Positions 10,491 to 27,239 of a stretch of 64,000 nucleotides of DNA are shown here, one piece after another (position 1 is the stretch's first letter; every line of letters begins with the position of its first letter). The stretch is from Eledone cirrhosa. Taxonomy: Eukaryota. The notes under the pieces are model-generated. The model worked only from the letters and a program-made list of their open reading frames with translations, did no database searches and had not been told where the DNA came from. The position numbers were made by a program, and so were the translations under genes. The stretch covers positions 182,032,001-182,096,000 of the forward strand of contig OZ024741.1 of the NCBI GenBank assembly GCA_964016885.1, written 5' to 3'.

Positions 10491-13400
10491 GTCAGCAAAC
10501 TTTAGTTAACTTTCAGTATCGTGTTATATATCTTTGATCTGTCGTCGCTCGATTAGCACACACATACACACGATACTTATATAAAACTGAGCGTCGTGTG
10601 TATGTATGTATGTATCCTACAAACATCCCTATTCTATTTAACCTAAAATACCCAATAACCTAAAATATCCATCTCTTAGTGAAGCATTTCCAATTCATTA
10701 TACGTAAACAATGACATACATATTTCGTTTTTAGCTTAGTATTTTACATTCAATGCCTCCCTTTTTTAATGCAACTTTTTATTGAAACGACTACGTGCTC
10801 TCAGTGGTTCAGTATTTAACCTAAAATACTTTTACACTGCTTCTATTGTATCGTTATACGATATGCCTAACCGAAAACGACCAGTATTTTCTTCTAAACG
10901 AAATAAAGCCCTTAAATTGCGAAGAATGGAGGCGCGTGCGCAAGTACGTTTTTTATCGATATCCTTTGTTATTTTGCTTCTTTTATCTCCATAAAAATAT
11001 TATTTCTATTTTGAGAAGTTGTAAAACAGTAGTGGCCCGAGTTAAAGCATTCAGTTTTCTTTTAACTCCAGGAGACATGGGATGCAAGGGAAGCCCGTTT
11101 TACTGCCCAGCGTGATCAGCGCCAACGCTCACGTCTCGACGAGACTCCGGAGGCAAGGGAGGACCGTCCTTTTCATCAGCGCACTCGAAACCAACTGTCA
11201 CTTCTAGACGAGACTCCGTAGGCAAGGGAGGACCGTCTTTCTGACCAGTGCACTCGATGTCAACGCTCACGTCTCAACGAGACTCCGGAGGGAAGGGAAG
11301 AAAGGCTGGCAGGTAGACGGCGTAAACGTCAAGAAAATACTGCTACTACAAGGGACACCTTTTGCTTAAAAGCTGGCTTTAACTACAATCCTTCTGATGA
11401 TTACACCAATCACCCGGATTTGGCTCTTGGAAAAATGGATAAGGTATGTCAGTCCTGCGGGGCTAAGAAGTGTGTCGGTGAGGCTCCAGGTCTTTGCTGT
11501 TCCCGGGGAAAAGTTCGACTTCAGGCGCTGGCTGATCCTCCTGATTTGCTGCAAAATCTTCTCATTGGTAACTCTGACCACGGAGTGAAGTTTCGCAAAA
11601 GCATTTGGAGATACAATTCATGCTTCTCTATGACATCATTTGGTGTAAGGGATGGCAGAAACAACAAAAAGAACAACAACATCAGCAACACCACTTGTGT
11701 CGCCAGCAATTGTGACAACAACGAAGAAAGAAAGAAAAACTTTACACCTACAAAATTCAAGGTCAGTGTTACCACCTAATGGGAAGCCTTCATGTATTTT
11801 TCATGGGCGGAAATGATGGGGAAGTTTCCCAAAGATGCAAGATCAATTCATCTGTTGACGGGAACATTGTTGCGGAACTTCAAACTATGCTATATGCAAC
11901 CCATCCGTACGTCCGTGACTTGAAGAGTGCTTTGGAGCTTTTGGACTCTAGACATGAGATGAAATTGGTCATCAGAGCTGACAGACGACCTGCGGGTGGG
12001 CATCCTGGATGTTTCAACGCTCCAACTACCAACGAGGTAGCAGCAATCATGGCTGACGAAAATCATGGTGCAAATTCATGCATGGAGGGGAACAAGTGCA
12101 CCAAACACTACTCCAGAGCCTTCACCAGAGAAACTTGCATTGGGGTTAACGGCTACCGCCATCTACCGGCGGCGTGCTCCCGATTTTAGCGGCCTTTCGG
12201 CTAGGATTAAGAAGAAAGGGAAAGAATACGACATTGACTACAGCTGGGTGGTATCTTGCAGCCCTTTGCTTGCTAAAATTTGTAATGCTCACATCAATGT
12301 GGAGTCCTGCACATCTGTTAAAATCATTAAATACATCTGCAAATACATCAACAAAGGCGGCGATATGGCGGTGGTTGGCCTCAGTGATGGCGTATAATCA
12401 AAAGACGAAATTACTCAGTTCATGATGGGAATATACATTTCGTCCAATATGGCGGCTTGCCGCATTTCGAGGCTTGAAATTCACCGGTGCTCTCCAGCAG
12501 TTGTTAACTTGGATGTTCACATAGAGAATCGTCAACGCGTTTATTTTACTGAGGAAACCGCATCGGTTGCTGCCGAACAGCCACCCGAGGCGACGCTTAC
12601 AGCATTTTTTAAGCTATGTTATGTCGATACGTATGCAGTTACCCTTTTTTACGTCAATGTTCCTACCTACTTAACTTGGTCGTACAAAAGATGGCATCAG
12701 CGGCTACAAGGGGAAAATGTTGAGGATTGGGTAGGTGTCTTCAGAAGTAATGCCATCGGACGCGTGTACAATGTTCATCCGAAGCAACAAGAATGCTTTT
12801 TCCTGCGAATGTTGCTGCATCAAATCAAAGGGCCCAAGTCATTCGCCGACCTAAGACTTTTCGATGGCCACATTTGTTTCAGTTACAGGGACGCGTGCGT
12901 GAAGCGCGGGCTACTCGAGGATGATGCCCACCTGAACGTGGCGTTGACAGAGGCTGCTGAATGTAAGATGCCTCGAGAAATGAGACGTCTGTTTTGCATA
13001 ATGCTATTGTTCTGCGGCATAGGTGAGCCCCTTAAGCTTTGGGAAACGCATAAGGACAACATGTCAGAGGACATCTTCCATAGATTACGAGCAGAAGATT
13101 CAGCGGCTGGCTTTGCTTTCAACGACGCGGTGTACAATGAGGCCCTCATCGACATGGACAACCATCTTAAAAGCTCTTGGAGTTTCAGTTTGCCACAACC
13201 TGGAAACACTCACAGTGCTTTAGATGTGGAGTTCATGCGTGAGTTAAATTACAACATCGACGATATGACACATCAGGTAGCTCAGGACGAACCCAGACTT
13301 TTGCATGACCAGAGACGGGCATATGACAGAATTCTCTCCAGTGTAAATTCAAATGAGGGACGACTATTTTTCCTGGATGCTCCTGGCGGAACAGGAAAAA

Positions 13401-14782
13401 CCTTTCTCATCAACCTTTTGATTGCGAAGCTACGAAAAGACAAGCGGATTGCTTTAGCGGTCGCCTCCAGTGGTATTGCGGCGACACTGTTACATGGCGG
13501 TCGTACGGCACACTCCGCATTTAAATTGCTTTTGGACATTGCAAAGAAGGAGAATCCTACATGTAGAATAGATAGTGGCGACCCTAAAGCACATCTTTCT
13601 GAGTGCTGCCTGATCATATAGGACTAGGCTACCATGAGTCACAAGGCGGCCTTTGAGGCTCTGGATCGAACTCTCAAGAACTTGCGTCGGAACTCACGCG
13701 TCGTGGGTAGAGCGACAGTACTGCTGTCTGGCGATTTCCGACAGACTCTTCCTGTTATCACTAGAGGCACTAGAGCTGACGAAGTGAACGCATGCATCAA
13801 GTCGTCCTACGTATGGCAGTATGTCCACAAACTACATCTGACTACGAACATGAGAGTGCATGTGCATGGTCACGCAAACTTCATCGATTTCTCAAAACAT
13901 CTACTGGAAGTTGGTAATGGAACTACACCTGGAGTGGATGAAGAGCATATCCGTTTGCCTTTTGGGAACTTTGTCTCAAACATTGACGAATTAATGTCAT
14001 CTGAATTTCCAGACCTTGAATCACGATTCCATGATCACACCTGGTTGAAAGGGAGAGCTATTTTGGCACCACACAATGCCACTGTTGACGTGATGAACCA
14101 AAAACTACTCGATCAGATTCCCGGAAATGAAGTCTCCTTCAAGTCGATTGACACCAATAAAATAGCGGACGACGCCGTCATCTACCCAATTGAATTCCTC
14201 AACAGTCAACTGCCTCCAGGACTTCCTCCTCATGATCTGAAACTGAAGGTTGGTGTGCCAGTTATGCTGCTGAGAAACCTGGATGCACCAGAACTATGCA
14301 ACGGAATGCGTTTAATCATAAAAAAAAAATAAGGACCCAAATTCTGGAGACAACCATTTTGAGCGGACCCGCTGCTGGCGTGACCAGGTTAATTAGCTCT
14401 AAGAGCCTTAGTCCCTCTGGCGTCCCCTATGAATTTACGCGACGGCAGTTTCCCATAAAACTCTGCTTTGCAATGACCATGAACAAAGCACAAGGACAAT
14501 CGCTGCAAGGGGTTGGCCTAAATCTAACACAGCAGGTATTTTGCCCATGGTCAACTATACGTCGGATGCTCCTGCGTCGGCAGTCCACACAATCTCTTCA
14601 TTTGTGGTAACCCAGGCAACACCAGGAACGTTGTCTACAAAGAAGTCGTGCAATAACATCTTTGAACCCTACTCCACTAAACGTCTCTCTGTCAAACCAC
14701 TCTCTTCACGTCGCCCCTCAACTTATTAATTTAATAAAAGTGACCCTGAGTAGCCCCAAGTGCAACCGGGCTCAGCTGCTAG
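10034..14782 (+). mobile_element. Helitron (decayed autonomous type with internal deletion)
   Basis: 5' TC (TCTATTATATAAA) after an A; 3' AGCCC...GGGCT hairpin then CTAG followed by T; Rep/Hel fragments inside. Confidence 0.92.
11420..14655 (+). pseudogene. Helitron Rep/PIF1-like helicase, frameshifted and stop-interrupted
   Basis: CQSCGAKK..E..GLCCSRGKV, YNSCFSMTSFG, AHINVE...IKYICKYINKG, DAPGGTGKTF, VASSGIAATLL.GGRTAHS, GDFRQTLPV, GLPPHDLKLKVG, RRQFPIKLCFAMTMNKAQGQSL. Confidence 0.93.
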
Positions 14783-14814
14783 TATACATATATTTTTATG
14801 TGTATATATATATA

Positions 14815-14943
<129 letters not shown>

Positions 14944-15014
14944 ATATATATATATATATGTATATGTGTATATATGTGTGTGTGTATATGTATATATGTG
15001 TATATATATATAAG

Positions 15015-15084
<70 letters not shown>

Positions 15085-15315
15085 TAGCGAAGATAATGCG
15101 TCAGCAATAACGTGTTCGTCAGAATGTCGTTATGCAGAGACCAGACATACAGACAGATATCATAAGGGCTCGACAGAGATCGATAACCGGCGCCTAACAA
15201 CAGAAAATTGAAAAATAAAAGGTGCAGTTAATATCTTTAGACCGCAAGGAATATATAAATGGAAGTTTGAAGTCAATCGGAGTAGAATGTGGATTTGTAT
15301 AGACTTTGCAAAAAT

Positions 15316-15395
<80 letters not shown>

Positions 15396-15405
15396 ACAAC
15401 AGTTT

Positions 15406-15440
<35 letters not shown>

Positions 15441-15522
15441 TAGTATGCACACGTACACACACATATATATACATACACACACATATATGTGCGTGTGTAT
15501 GGATGGATGCATGGATGGATGA

Positions 15523-15555
<33 letters not shown>

Positions 15556-15944
15556 AAAGGTAAATACAAATAACAACACAATCGGTACAGTATGTATGTA
15601 TGTATGTGTGTGTGTGTGTGTGTGTGTGTCTTTGTGTCTGAATTTACCTTTCTGTATGTTTATGGTCCATATTGTTGTATATATCCCATAAATTAGTGAT
15701 TCCACAAACAGAAACCGATGAAATAACAAACATACATTAATAAAATTATCAGAGGAAACACCGTTTGGGTGATTTTTCTGCTCGTATATGAAGTGTGCAT
15801 ATTGATATTACACACAATATACACGTTACTGTATAACGATGTAAATATACGCGTCATAATATAGCGTCCGTTATATCATAACCGGAAGTATTGACATTTG
15901 AAAATTTGAAAAGAAGTGAATCTTAAAATAAGCAATCATTATAT

Positions 15945-16600
15945 ACAAATCCCGCCGAGGTTAACTTTGCCTTTCATCCTTACGGGGTCGATAAAATGAA
16001 GTACTAGTAATGTACTGGGTAATTTATGGCCTTGTGCCAAAAAGTAGAAACAATTATATATAAGAAAATTGAGTTACGGCCCTTGCCATTCTGAGTTCAA
16101 ATCCCGCCGAGGTTAACTTTGCCTTTCATCCTTACGTGGTCGATAAACTAAAGTACCAGTAATACACTGGGTGATTGCTGGCCTTGTGCCAAATGTAGAA
16201 ACAATTATATATAAGAAAATTTATGTTTAAACAACAGCTACGAAATTTAGTATTGTGTAATATTCATTCATTAAGTAATCCGACTTATTTTACTAACGGG
16301 ATAAAAATATATATTCAGGACACAGTCCCGCACTCCTCCCTTTATTATATTATGATACGTACTTGGTGGATTGGCAGTATTGGTAGGCAGTGGATTGGCA
16401 GTATTGGTAGGCGGTGGATTGGCAGTATTGGTAGGTGGTCAGACGCCATGCTTTGACGTGTAGAGTTACAGCCCTTGCCATTCTGAGTTCAAATCTCGCC
16501 AAGGTTAACTTTGCCTTCCATCCTTACGGGGTCGATAAAATAAAGTACCAGTAATACACTGGGTAATTTGCTGGCCTTGTGCCTAACGTAGAAACAATTA
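15945..16600 (+). mobile_element. Cluster of three tRNA-derived SINE copies (two partial, one near full length)
   Basis: A-box-like TGGCAGTATTGG, B-box GAGTTCAAATC, core GCCTTTCATCCTTACGGGGTCGATAAAATAAAGTACCAG, tail GCTGGCCTTGTGCC...AGAAACAATTA. Confidence 0.88.
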
Positions 16601-16949
16601 TGATATGTACTTGGTTCGATCAGACCGTTTAAATTTAAGGCAGATTCCTAGCATCGCCTCAGTCATAACTGAAACTATTACAATATAAATGAGTATGTGT
16701 GTAAAGTGAGAGAAAAGAGACAATCGTATCTCATTGCTGGGTCTCTTTATTGTTTTCGTTTACCTGTTTTATTATATGAATATCAAAGCAACATAATTCT
16801 ATGGGTGCTATTTAAAGTGCTAACTAAATCTATATATATGAAAGGTCTGTGTAATTATTTGTTTCTATATTTATGCCAGCATAAAATTTAAGTGGATTAA
16901 AAATATTGAATATATTGTCGCTGTTGCTATTGTTGAGGGTAATAATGAT

Positions 16950-17142
16950 TCCTATTATTAACACAAGACCAGCAATTTTGGGGGAGGGAAAAGTCGAAGT
17001 GCATTACTGGTGTTTATTTTATCGATCCCGCAAGGATCAAAGGCAAAACTAACCTAGGCGGGATTTGAACTCAGAACGTAGATGGCTGTAACTCTATGCT
17101 GCAAAGCATGGTGTCCGACGCTCTACCGATTCTGCCAATCCA
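16950..17142 (-). mobile_element. tRNA-derived SINE, same family
   Basis: Reverse-complement match to the SINE head, core and tail. Confidence 0.85.
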
Positions 17143-17779
17143 AATAGCATTACGTTTTTGTATGAAAATAAAGGGGTCGATCGTATGATCAGATCAAGGA
17201 AGCTGAGTTTCCATTAGTCTCTCCATTACTGACACTATATACTGGAGAGAATGAGGTGGGGTTTGATCTCTGAATGCAATGTGGATGAGACAAAGCTTTT
17301 TGTCTGGCATTTCAACAATTCTGCCAGTCCCCCACCTCTGGTCTGGTATTTTAATTCTCAATCCCCTAACGTTAAAAGGCAAGATTAACATCGGAGCGAA
17401 ATCAGAGCGCAGAGAGGCGGAACCACTAACAAAACATTTAATCTGACGCTCTACCGACTCAACCATTTCATTGCATAATGTTACTTGCACCAACATGAAT
17501 AGGAAATAAAGATAAAAACAAGAAAAATATTTTAAAATGTGTTAGATTCAAGTAGAGTACAAACGCAAATACATTAATTTGCACAACTTTGAAGCAATGA
17601 ATATTCTGGGACCTAAAAATGCCAGTTCGTATTTGCAATGAAGTGCTCTAGAAATAACTGTCTACAGACACACAGACACACACACACACAAACACACACA
17701 CATACATACATACATACATACATACATACATACATACATACATACATACATACATACATACATACATAGACACACACAC

Positions 17780-17826
<47 letters not shown>

Positions 17827-17954
17827 TCTAGACGGCTCACACTATAGACAATTTTACACGTCAGTGCTTTTGACTTCAATTCTCTCTAAAGACTATATTT
17901 GTTTCATTCTGAATTTCCTTTCCAGATAAAATTACCTCCAGTAATAGCTCGCCC

Positions 17955-18070
<116 letters not shown>

Positions 18071-18404
18071 ATGTGTCCATGTTGATTTCAGTTGGTTCAG
18101 ATACTGTTGATTCATTGACTTCAATGTCTTTATATCTTATTATGGCCTAACAGTTTTGACAAAAACATTGTTATTTGCCCTGTGATTCCATTTTGAAGGC
18201 AAAAGGAGTTGTTTTGCTTGCTGTTGTTATTGTTATGCCGGTGGTGGTTGGGGTGCTGGAAGAGGCACCGGAGACGTTGGATAAGGAGGAAGTTTTAATG
18301 ACATTATTTACCAGAAATGAGATACTATTGAGTTCTAAGGTTCAGCCTTTGGTGACGCAATAGTGATGATGATAATATGTATTATTTTTTCCAAGTTATT
18401 TCTT

Positions 18405-19360
18405 AGTTCAAATGTCACCGAAGTCAACTTCGTCTTTCATCCTTCCGGGGTTGAAAAAATAAATTACCACTCAGGTATTGATGTTAACACCATCGACTTT
18501 CTCCTCTACACAAATTGCTGGCTTTGTGTCTAAATTAGAAATGAATATTTTAGGTTGATCATGGCTGTAAATTGGCAGCGTCGTTAGCGTGTCGGTGAAA
18601 ACAGCAGTATTTGTTCTAGCTCTTTACATTCTGAGGTCTACTTTACTTTACATCCTTCTGAGGTCGATAAAATATAGTAATAGTAACGTAGTGTGTCAAT
18701 CGATTTTCCCTTTCTCCGAAAATTGCTGTCTTAGTGCGAAAATTAAGAGCCATTATTTCAGGAGGATTGGCAGTATCAGTAGAGGGTGGGACGCCATGCT
18801 TTCCAGCATAGTTACGTCCCTTTACGATCTGAGTTCAAATCCCGCCGAGGTTGACTTTGCCTTTCATCCTTACGGGGTCGATAAAATAAAGTACCAGTAA
18901 TGCACTGGGTAATTGCTGGCCTTGTGCCTAAAGTAGAAACAATTATTTCAGGAGGATTGGCAGAATTATTACTGCGTCAGAAAAAGTGTTCCGGCTCTTT
19001 ATGTTTTCTGCTCAAATCCCGTCGAAATCAACTTCGCCTTTCACTCGTTCCTGGGTCGATTAACTCAAGTACCAGTAAAGCACTAGTGTTACTATAATAG
19101 ACCTTCTCCTTCACATTAAAGTTGTTGGCCTTATACCTAAATTAGAAACCACAAACCTTTATTCAACACCCGCCCCACATACCAATAATTGTTTCTGCTT
19201 TTGGCACAAGGCCATCAATTATCCAGTGCATTACTGATACTTTATTTTATCGACCCCGTAAGGATGAAAGGCAAAGTTAACCTCGGCTGAATTTGAACTC
19301 AGAATGGCAAGGGCAGTAACTCTATACGTCAAAGCATGGCGTCCGATCCTCTACCGATAC
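18405..19360. mobile_element. SINE cluster: about four + copies (18405-19150) and one - copy (19186-19360)
   Basis: Repeated SINE core and tail motifs in head-to-tail order. Confidence 0.82.
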
Positions 19361-19772
19361 TAAATTAAAATCCATTTATAACAGGTGGAATGATAATGTA
19401 GACGTTTTATCATTCGCTCCACAGACTTCCTTGTTATTTATGACGTCATGTTTAACTATTATTCTTATCAGAATAATAGTTAAACATGACGTCATAAAGC
19501 TATCATCTGGAGTGAAGCATTGATCGTAATAGCTAAAGGCAATTCACTTACTCGGCGTTGGAACCATCACTCAGATTCGATTTGAAAGGTGATTGCCTCT
19601 TACTCAACACCGCTATGCTGTCTACTAGTAATATGTAGGGAAATCGATTTAATAAATCATTCCATTTTCGTCATCAACTCAGTCTTGGACGAGCAATAAC
19701 AAGGAAGTCTGTGGAGCGAATAATAAACCGTTTACATTATCGTTCCACCTGTTAGAAATGGATTTTAATTTA
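19361..19772. repeat. Insertion with ~78-bp terminal inverted repeats and an internal 60-bp hairpin (19438-19497)
   Basis: TAAATTAAAATCCATT...GACTTCCTTGTTATT vs AATAACAAGGAAGTC...AATGGATTTTAATTTA. Confidence 0.75.
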
Positions 19773-19999
19773 GGCGCACGACCAGCAATTTAAGGGTGGG
19801 GGGTGGAGGGTGACAGTCAGTTAAATCGAACCCAATACGTAACTGGTACTTCATTTTATCGATACTGGAATGAAGAAAGGTAAAACCGACTTCGGCATGA
19901 TTTGAACTCAGGATGTCAAGGGACGTAGTATTATCCTTCGCGCGCGTGCGGCATTCCACAATCGCCATTTATTTCAATCACTCTTATGAAGATATTCGC

Positions 20000-22900
20000 G
20001 TAACTTTCACTCATTTTTTCATTTAATCTCCATTATAAATTTCCAAAATGTTGCAAGAGGAGACGGGGTAGATGTAGATGATCAGTATTCTACAGTGAAG
20101 CAAATACGAGTACAGCTACTCGGATCAAGGACACTAGAGAGCCCTCTACAATGACAGCAAAGACATGAAAACGACCGGAGGAGAGTGCTGCACGCAGGGC
20201 CACTGAGTGATAAGAGGTAAGGGAAAAACGGTTAGAACAATTACGTCAACAAAATGCAATCCACAGAAGCCAAGAGTAAAAAAAGGAAATAGAAAAACGT
20301 TTAAAGGATGCAAGGTGCCAAAGTTGCCAATGAGAAAATAGGTCTGTGAGAGGTTAGACAAAGAAAAAAACCAGAAGCAAACAGTTGCTGCAAGACTTCG
20401 CCACTCCTCAGAGGAAAGACGTAAGTATCTTGATCAAAATAGACTGAATACGTTTGACAAAAGAGCTGCACCTTTCAAGGGAACTTGGAAAAGTTCAGCT
20501 TTCAAGTACGATCCAAAAGATGATTATTTTACAGAGAAATTGATATTGGAGAAATGTCAAAAAGAGAAATTGATATTGGAGAAATATCAAAAGAGTGCAG
20601 TTTTTGTAAAGGAAAGAAATGGTAAAGAGAAACCACCACTATGTGTTGTGGTGGAGGAACGGTTGTTTTACCGACGTTTGGTACACCCTCAGATACTTTG
20701 AACGCATTGTTTTTGGGAATGCACTTCTTGAAAAACATTAAGAATTATAATTCTGCTTTCCAACTGACCTCCTTTGGTAGCAATATTATAAGAGAACGGA
20801 AGATGAAGCAAACTTTTAAAGTTCATAGTCAAGTATACCATCGAATTGGATCTTTGTTGCCAACTGAAGGCAAAAATCCTCAGTTTTTACAGCTATATGT
20901 TGTGGCGAATTACAAGGAGCAGGCTTTGCAACGATCATTTACGCTTCCAAATTTGAATGAAGAGTTAATCTTAGATCTGCAAGATATGTTGCATGCAAAC
21001 AATAGTTACATCAGAAACTTCAAATATGCATTAGAATCTGCACCACCCACTGAATACAAGATAGTTATTGATGCAGACAAAAATCTGTTACTGAACACAG
21101 AGGTCGCTACAATGCCCCTGCTGCAAATGATGTAGCAGCAATTATTATCGGAGACGAGTATGGGAAGAGAGATATTATTATTCAAGGAAGAGGAAATAAG
21201 ATGCAGTGGATAAATGCAACCCACCGATCACACGATTCACTCCAGTCTCCATTAATCTGTGTATTTGGCCAAGATGGATATCACTTTGGTATAAAAAAAA
21301 AAAACACAAATCTTAAAAGAAGAACTCCTGCACTGACAAAAAACAGTAATCCGCATGGAATACTATTATTACCTTTTCATATTAAGAGAGCAAGACTTCA
21401 ATATAACCCATCGTTCACGTGAGCTCTTCCGACAAATTGCAGTTAATGTGTATGCAAAAATTGAAGGAGAAAGGCTTCTTTACATTAGAACACATTAGAA
21501 AGATCTCTGTGCATCAGATTACATTCACCTGAGAGATATAATTAGTAAGGAAGGAGCATTGGCTTCTGATAAGATTGGACAGCTTTGTATCATTCTTCCA
21601 TCAAGCTTTACAGGAAGTCCACGGTATATGAATGAGCGTATCCAAGATGCACTTACATATGTAAGACACTATGGTCGTTTAGACTTCTTCATTACATTCA
21701 CATGTAGCCCAACATGGCATGAAATAAAGAGTGAGCTTTATCATCATCAAGAACCCAAAGATCGACATGATATTATTGCTAGGGTGTTCAGACTTAAAAA
21801 TTTGCAAGTCTGGACTGCCAAACGCAAATCGTCAAGTTAGTGCGTTAACTTCAAGAGACATAGCAAGAGAGACACATTATGACATCAAAGAGTCGGTTGC
21901 ATTTGTGAATGAACATGAACCTAAACCTCTTCCAGCGCTGTGTATATGATAAAATTATTTCGTCAGTCAGAGAAAAAAGCGGAGGAATTTTCTTTCGTGA
22001 TGCTCCTGGTGGCACAGGTTAAACATTTGTAACAACATTGCTTCTCTTCAAGGTATATGCTGTAGCATCGTCTGGTATTTCTGCCCCCCCCCCCTTCTCC
22101 TAGGAGGGCGAACAACTCGTTCTGCTTTTAAACTACCACTAAACCTTGTCTCAAATGGCAGTCCTGTTTGTAACATAAGCAAAGGTTCAGGTTCAGCAGA
22201 AGTGTTGCGCCAATGTCACCTAATCATTTGTGATGAACGCACCATGTCACATAGAGGTGGAATGGAAGCTCTTGATAAGACCTTACAGGACATAAGAGGC
22301 AACAATAAATCTATGGAAGGAGTTACATTAGTTTTATCAGGAGATTTCAGACAGACATTATCAGTCATTCCGAGAGGAACAAGAGCTGATGAAATAAAAG
22401 CATGCATTAAGTCTTCGCACATGTGAAATAAAGTACATACATTCTCCTTCAATACTAACATGCGAGCTTTATTACATGGGGACAAATGTGCAGAACAGTT
22501 TTTAACCCGGCTCCCCCAATGAGGAAATGGGAGAGTAGCAATTGATGGGAATGGTGATATCAATTTGGCTCATATTGCTATCATGGTGAATTCCCCAGTT
22601 GAATTGAAGAACAGGGTATTTCCAGACATGAATAGTTGTGTGAAAGGACAATTCTTGCGCCAAAAAAACAAGACAGTAGGGAGGATTAACCATGAATTAA
22701 TGAATAAGATTCCAACAGTCATTAAGTAGTACAAATCAGTTGATTGGTCCTTGATGAAAATCAAGCTGTCCACTACCCAACAAAGTTCCTCAATTCTCTT
22801 GATCCACATGGAACTCCCCCACATAAACTTTTTCTGAAGGTAGTAGTCCCAATAATGCTTCTAAGAAATTTAGAACCTCCTAGATTATGCAATTAGACAA

Positions 22901-23504
22901 GGTTGATTGTAAAGACATTGTGATAGAAGATTGTGATAGAAGCTACCATCATCACTGGATATGCCTCTGGTGAAGATGTTTTCATTCCAAGAATTCCAAT
23001 CAAACCAACAGACATACCATTTGAGTTCAAACGTACACAACTCCCAGTGCAACTTTGCTTCGCAATCTCTATTTATAAAGCTCAAGGCCAAACTTTTAAA
23101 TCTACTGGCTTGCACTTTGTTGAGCCTTGCTTTACTCATGGTCAACTTTATGTCGGTTGCTCCAGGATGGGGAGTTTACAAGACTTATTTGTCTATGCTC
23201 CAAACCAGAAAACAAAGAATGTTTTTTACTCAGAAGCTCTTACGTAATTTCCTTCAACATATGTGATAGAATTTATCTCTCTTCATAAAAGTGGTAAATT
23301 TTGTATTTTCGTTTATTATTATTATCATTATTATTATTACTATTATTTTGTATTATGAATTCTGAAGTGATTTCATCATGTATCCCAGTTGAAGAATAAA
23401 TTGAATTTAGAATAACAAATTTCTATACAACATATTTTGCTTTTTTTTCTTCTAATATATAAGGAACAATTTTATTTCCGGGCAACGCCAGGTGCCTCTG
23501 CTAG
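20000..23504 (+). mobile_element. Second Helitron family, heavily decayed; 5' end not resolved
   Basis: MCCGGG, YNSAFQLTSFG, VYHRIGSLLP, ILPSSFTGSPRYM, FFITFTCSP, GDFRQTL, FKRTQLPVQLCFAISIYKAQGQT, FTHGQLYV; 3' hairpin CCGGGCAACGCCAGG then CTAG-T at 23501-23505. Confidence 0.9.
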
Positions 23505-24124
23505 TTACAGATAAAACTTATTTTTTGCCAGCTTAGTGGACTGGAGTAATGTGATATATTTTTTTCTTCATTGTTGATTACAGTTTTATAGACACCGATG
23601 TTCTTAATTAAAAAGTATGTACGATTCTTGTTTATTCTTCATTTATGTGAGGCCATGTAAAACACATTAACTATCAGGAATTGTTCAAATGTGCTGGGCG
23701 TGATACAGTCTGGTAAATTTATCCGCTATTTCTTATATCTAAGTTATACACCATAGGTAACGGTACATTGGCTGACTGGCTATTTCTTGATAAAACTTAA
23801 TATCTACCGTGCCTATTATGTTTACTATTATGTTTACTATATGTAACAGATATTTTTGTAAACTTAGTGAGAAAATGGTACTCAAAACGATAAAAAAACT
23901 CCGGCGTTAACCAAGAGGTTATTTTCATAAAAATTGTATTTTACACACATTCAATGTCACTCTAGGATTTAAATATTATCTCATTTATATTCGAAAAGAA
24001 ACTTACTTCAATCCTCAAGTTACCTTCCCCACAATAACTTTTCTGTTCCCTCACTACTTTCCGTGAGACTTTCACAAAATCGCGTTCGACCATTTGTAAA
24101 TCATTTAGCCTGATAATATGGTTG

Positions 24125-24470
24125 ACTAAAATTAACAGTATCGAAGGCTTTGGTAAGGTCCATAAATACTTGGTTCAGTGGCACACGAGGCTCCACAAAC
24201 TTCCCATAAGCTGGCGGGTTGAGAAAATCATGCCCATAGTATTCCGCTCAGCGGTGAATCGTCACTGGGTCTCAGGGGTGGCATTAGGTCAGATCCATTT
24301 CATTAGACTATTCAGCAGTACCTTGGATAAGACTTTCCCTATCGATTCAAGCAGATTTATGCCATGATAATCATCGCATTTAGACTTGGAGCGTTTGCCA
24401 TTGTAAATCGACAAAAATTACATCTACCCAATCTTTCTGGACAGACTCATCATGCCATACATATAAAATT
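24125..24470 (-). pseudogene. RTE-type RT fragment
   Basis: CDDYHGINLLESIGKVLSKVLLN...MIFSTRQL...FMDLTKAFDTVN with stops and frameshifts. Confidence 0.8.
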
Positions 24471-24825
24471 AGCCCGTGAATGTCCATAGCCATCCATGGG
24501 CTAGTTTTATATGTATGACATGAGTGCTACTGGTAACATACACAGAGTACAACATGTCTCATGGTCGTCGGTGACTAAACCGGCAACCTCATTAATCGTA
24601 CTTGGTGAGGAGGGTGATATTTTAAACCCTGCGAGATAAAGAAAAAAAAAGAAGCCAGCCAAATGGCGGAGGAACTCATGAGATTCAACGGTGAGCCAAT
24701 AATGTGCACATATGTATATATTGCGTAGGTGTGTAAATATGTATATATGAATATATGTGGGATTGTTTGCTCGCGTGTGCATATATTAATATATAAATGT
24801 AAAAATGGTTTTCTTTTTTACTTTT

Positions 24826-27234
<2,409 letters not shown>

Positions 27235-27239
27235 AAAAA

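Noticed and set aside
16365-16436. CRISPR-like short repeats
   Set aside because: Contiguous tandem copies without spacers, inside a SINE head in eukaryotic DNA.
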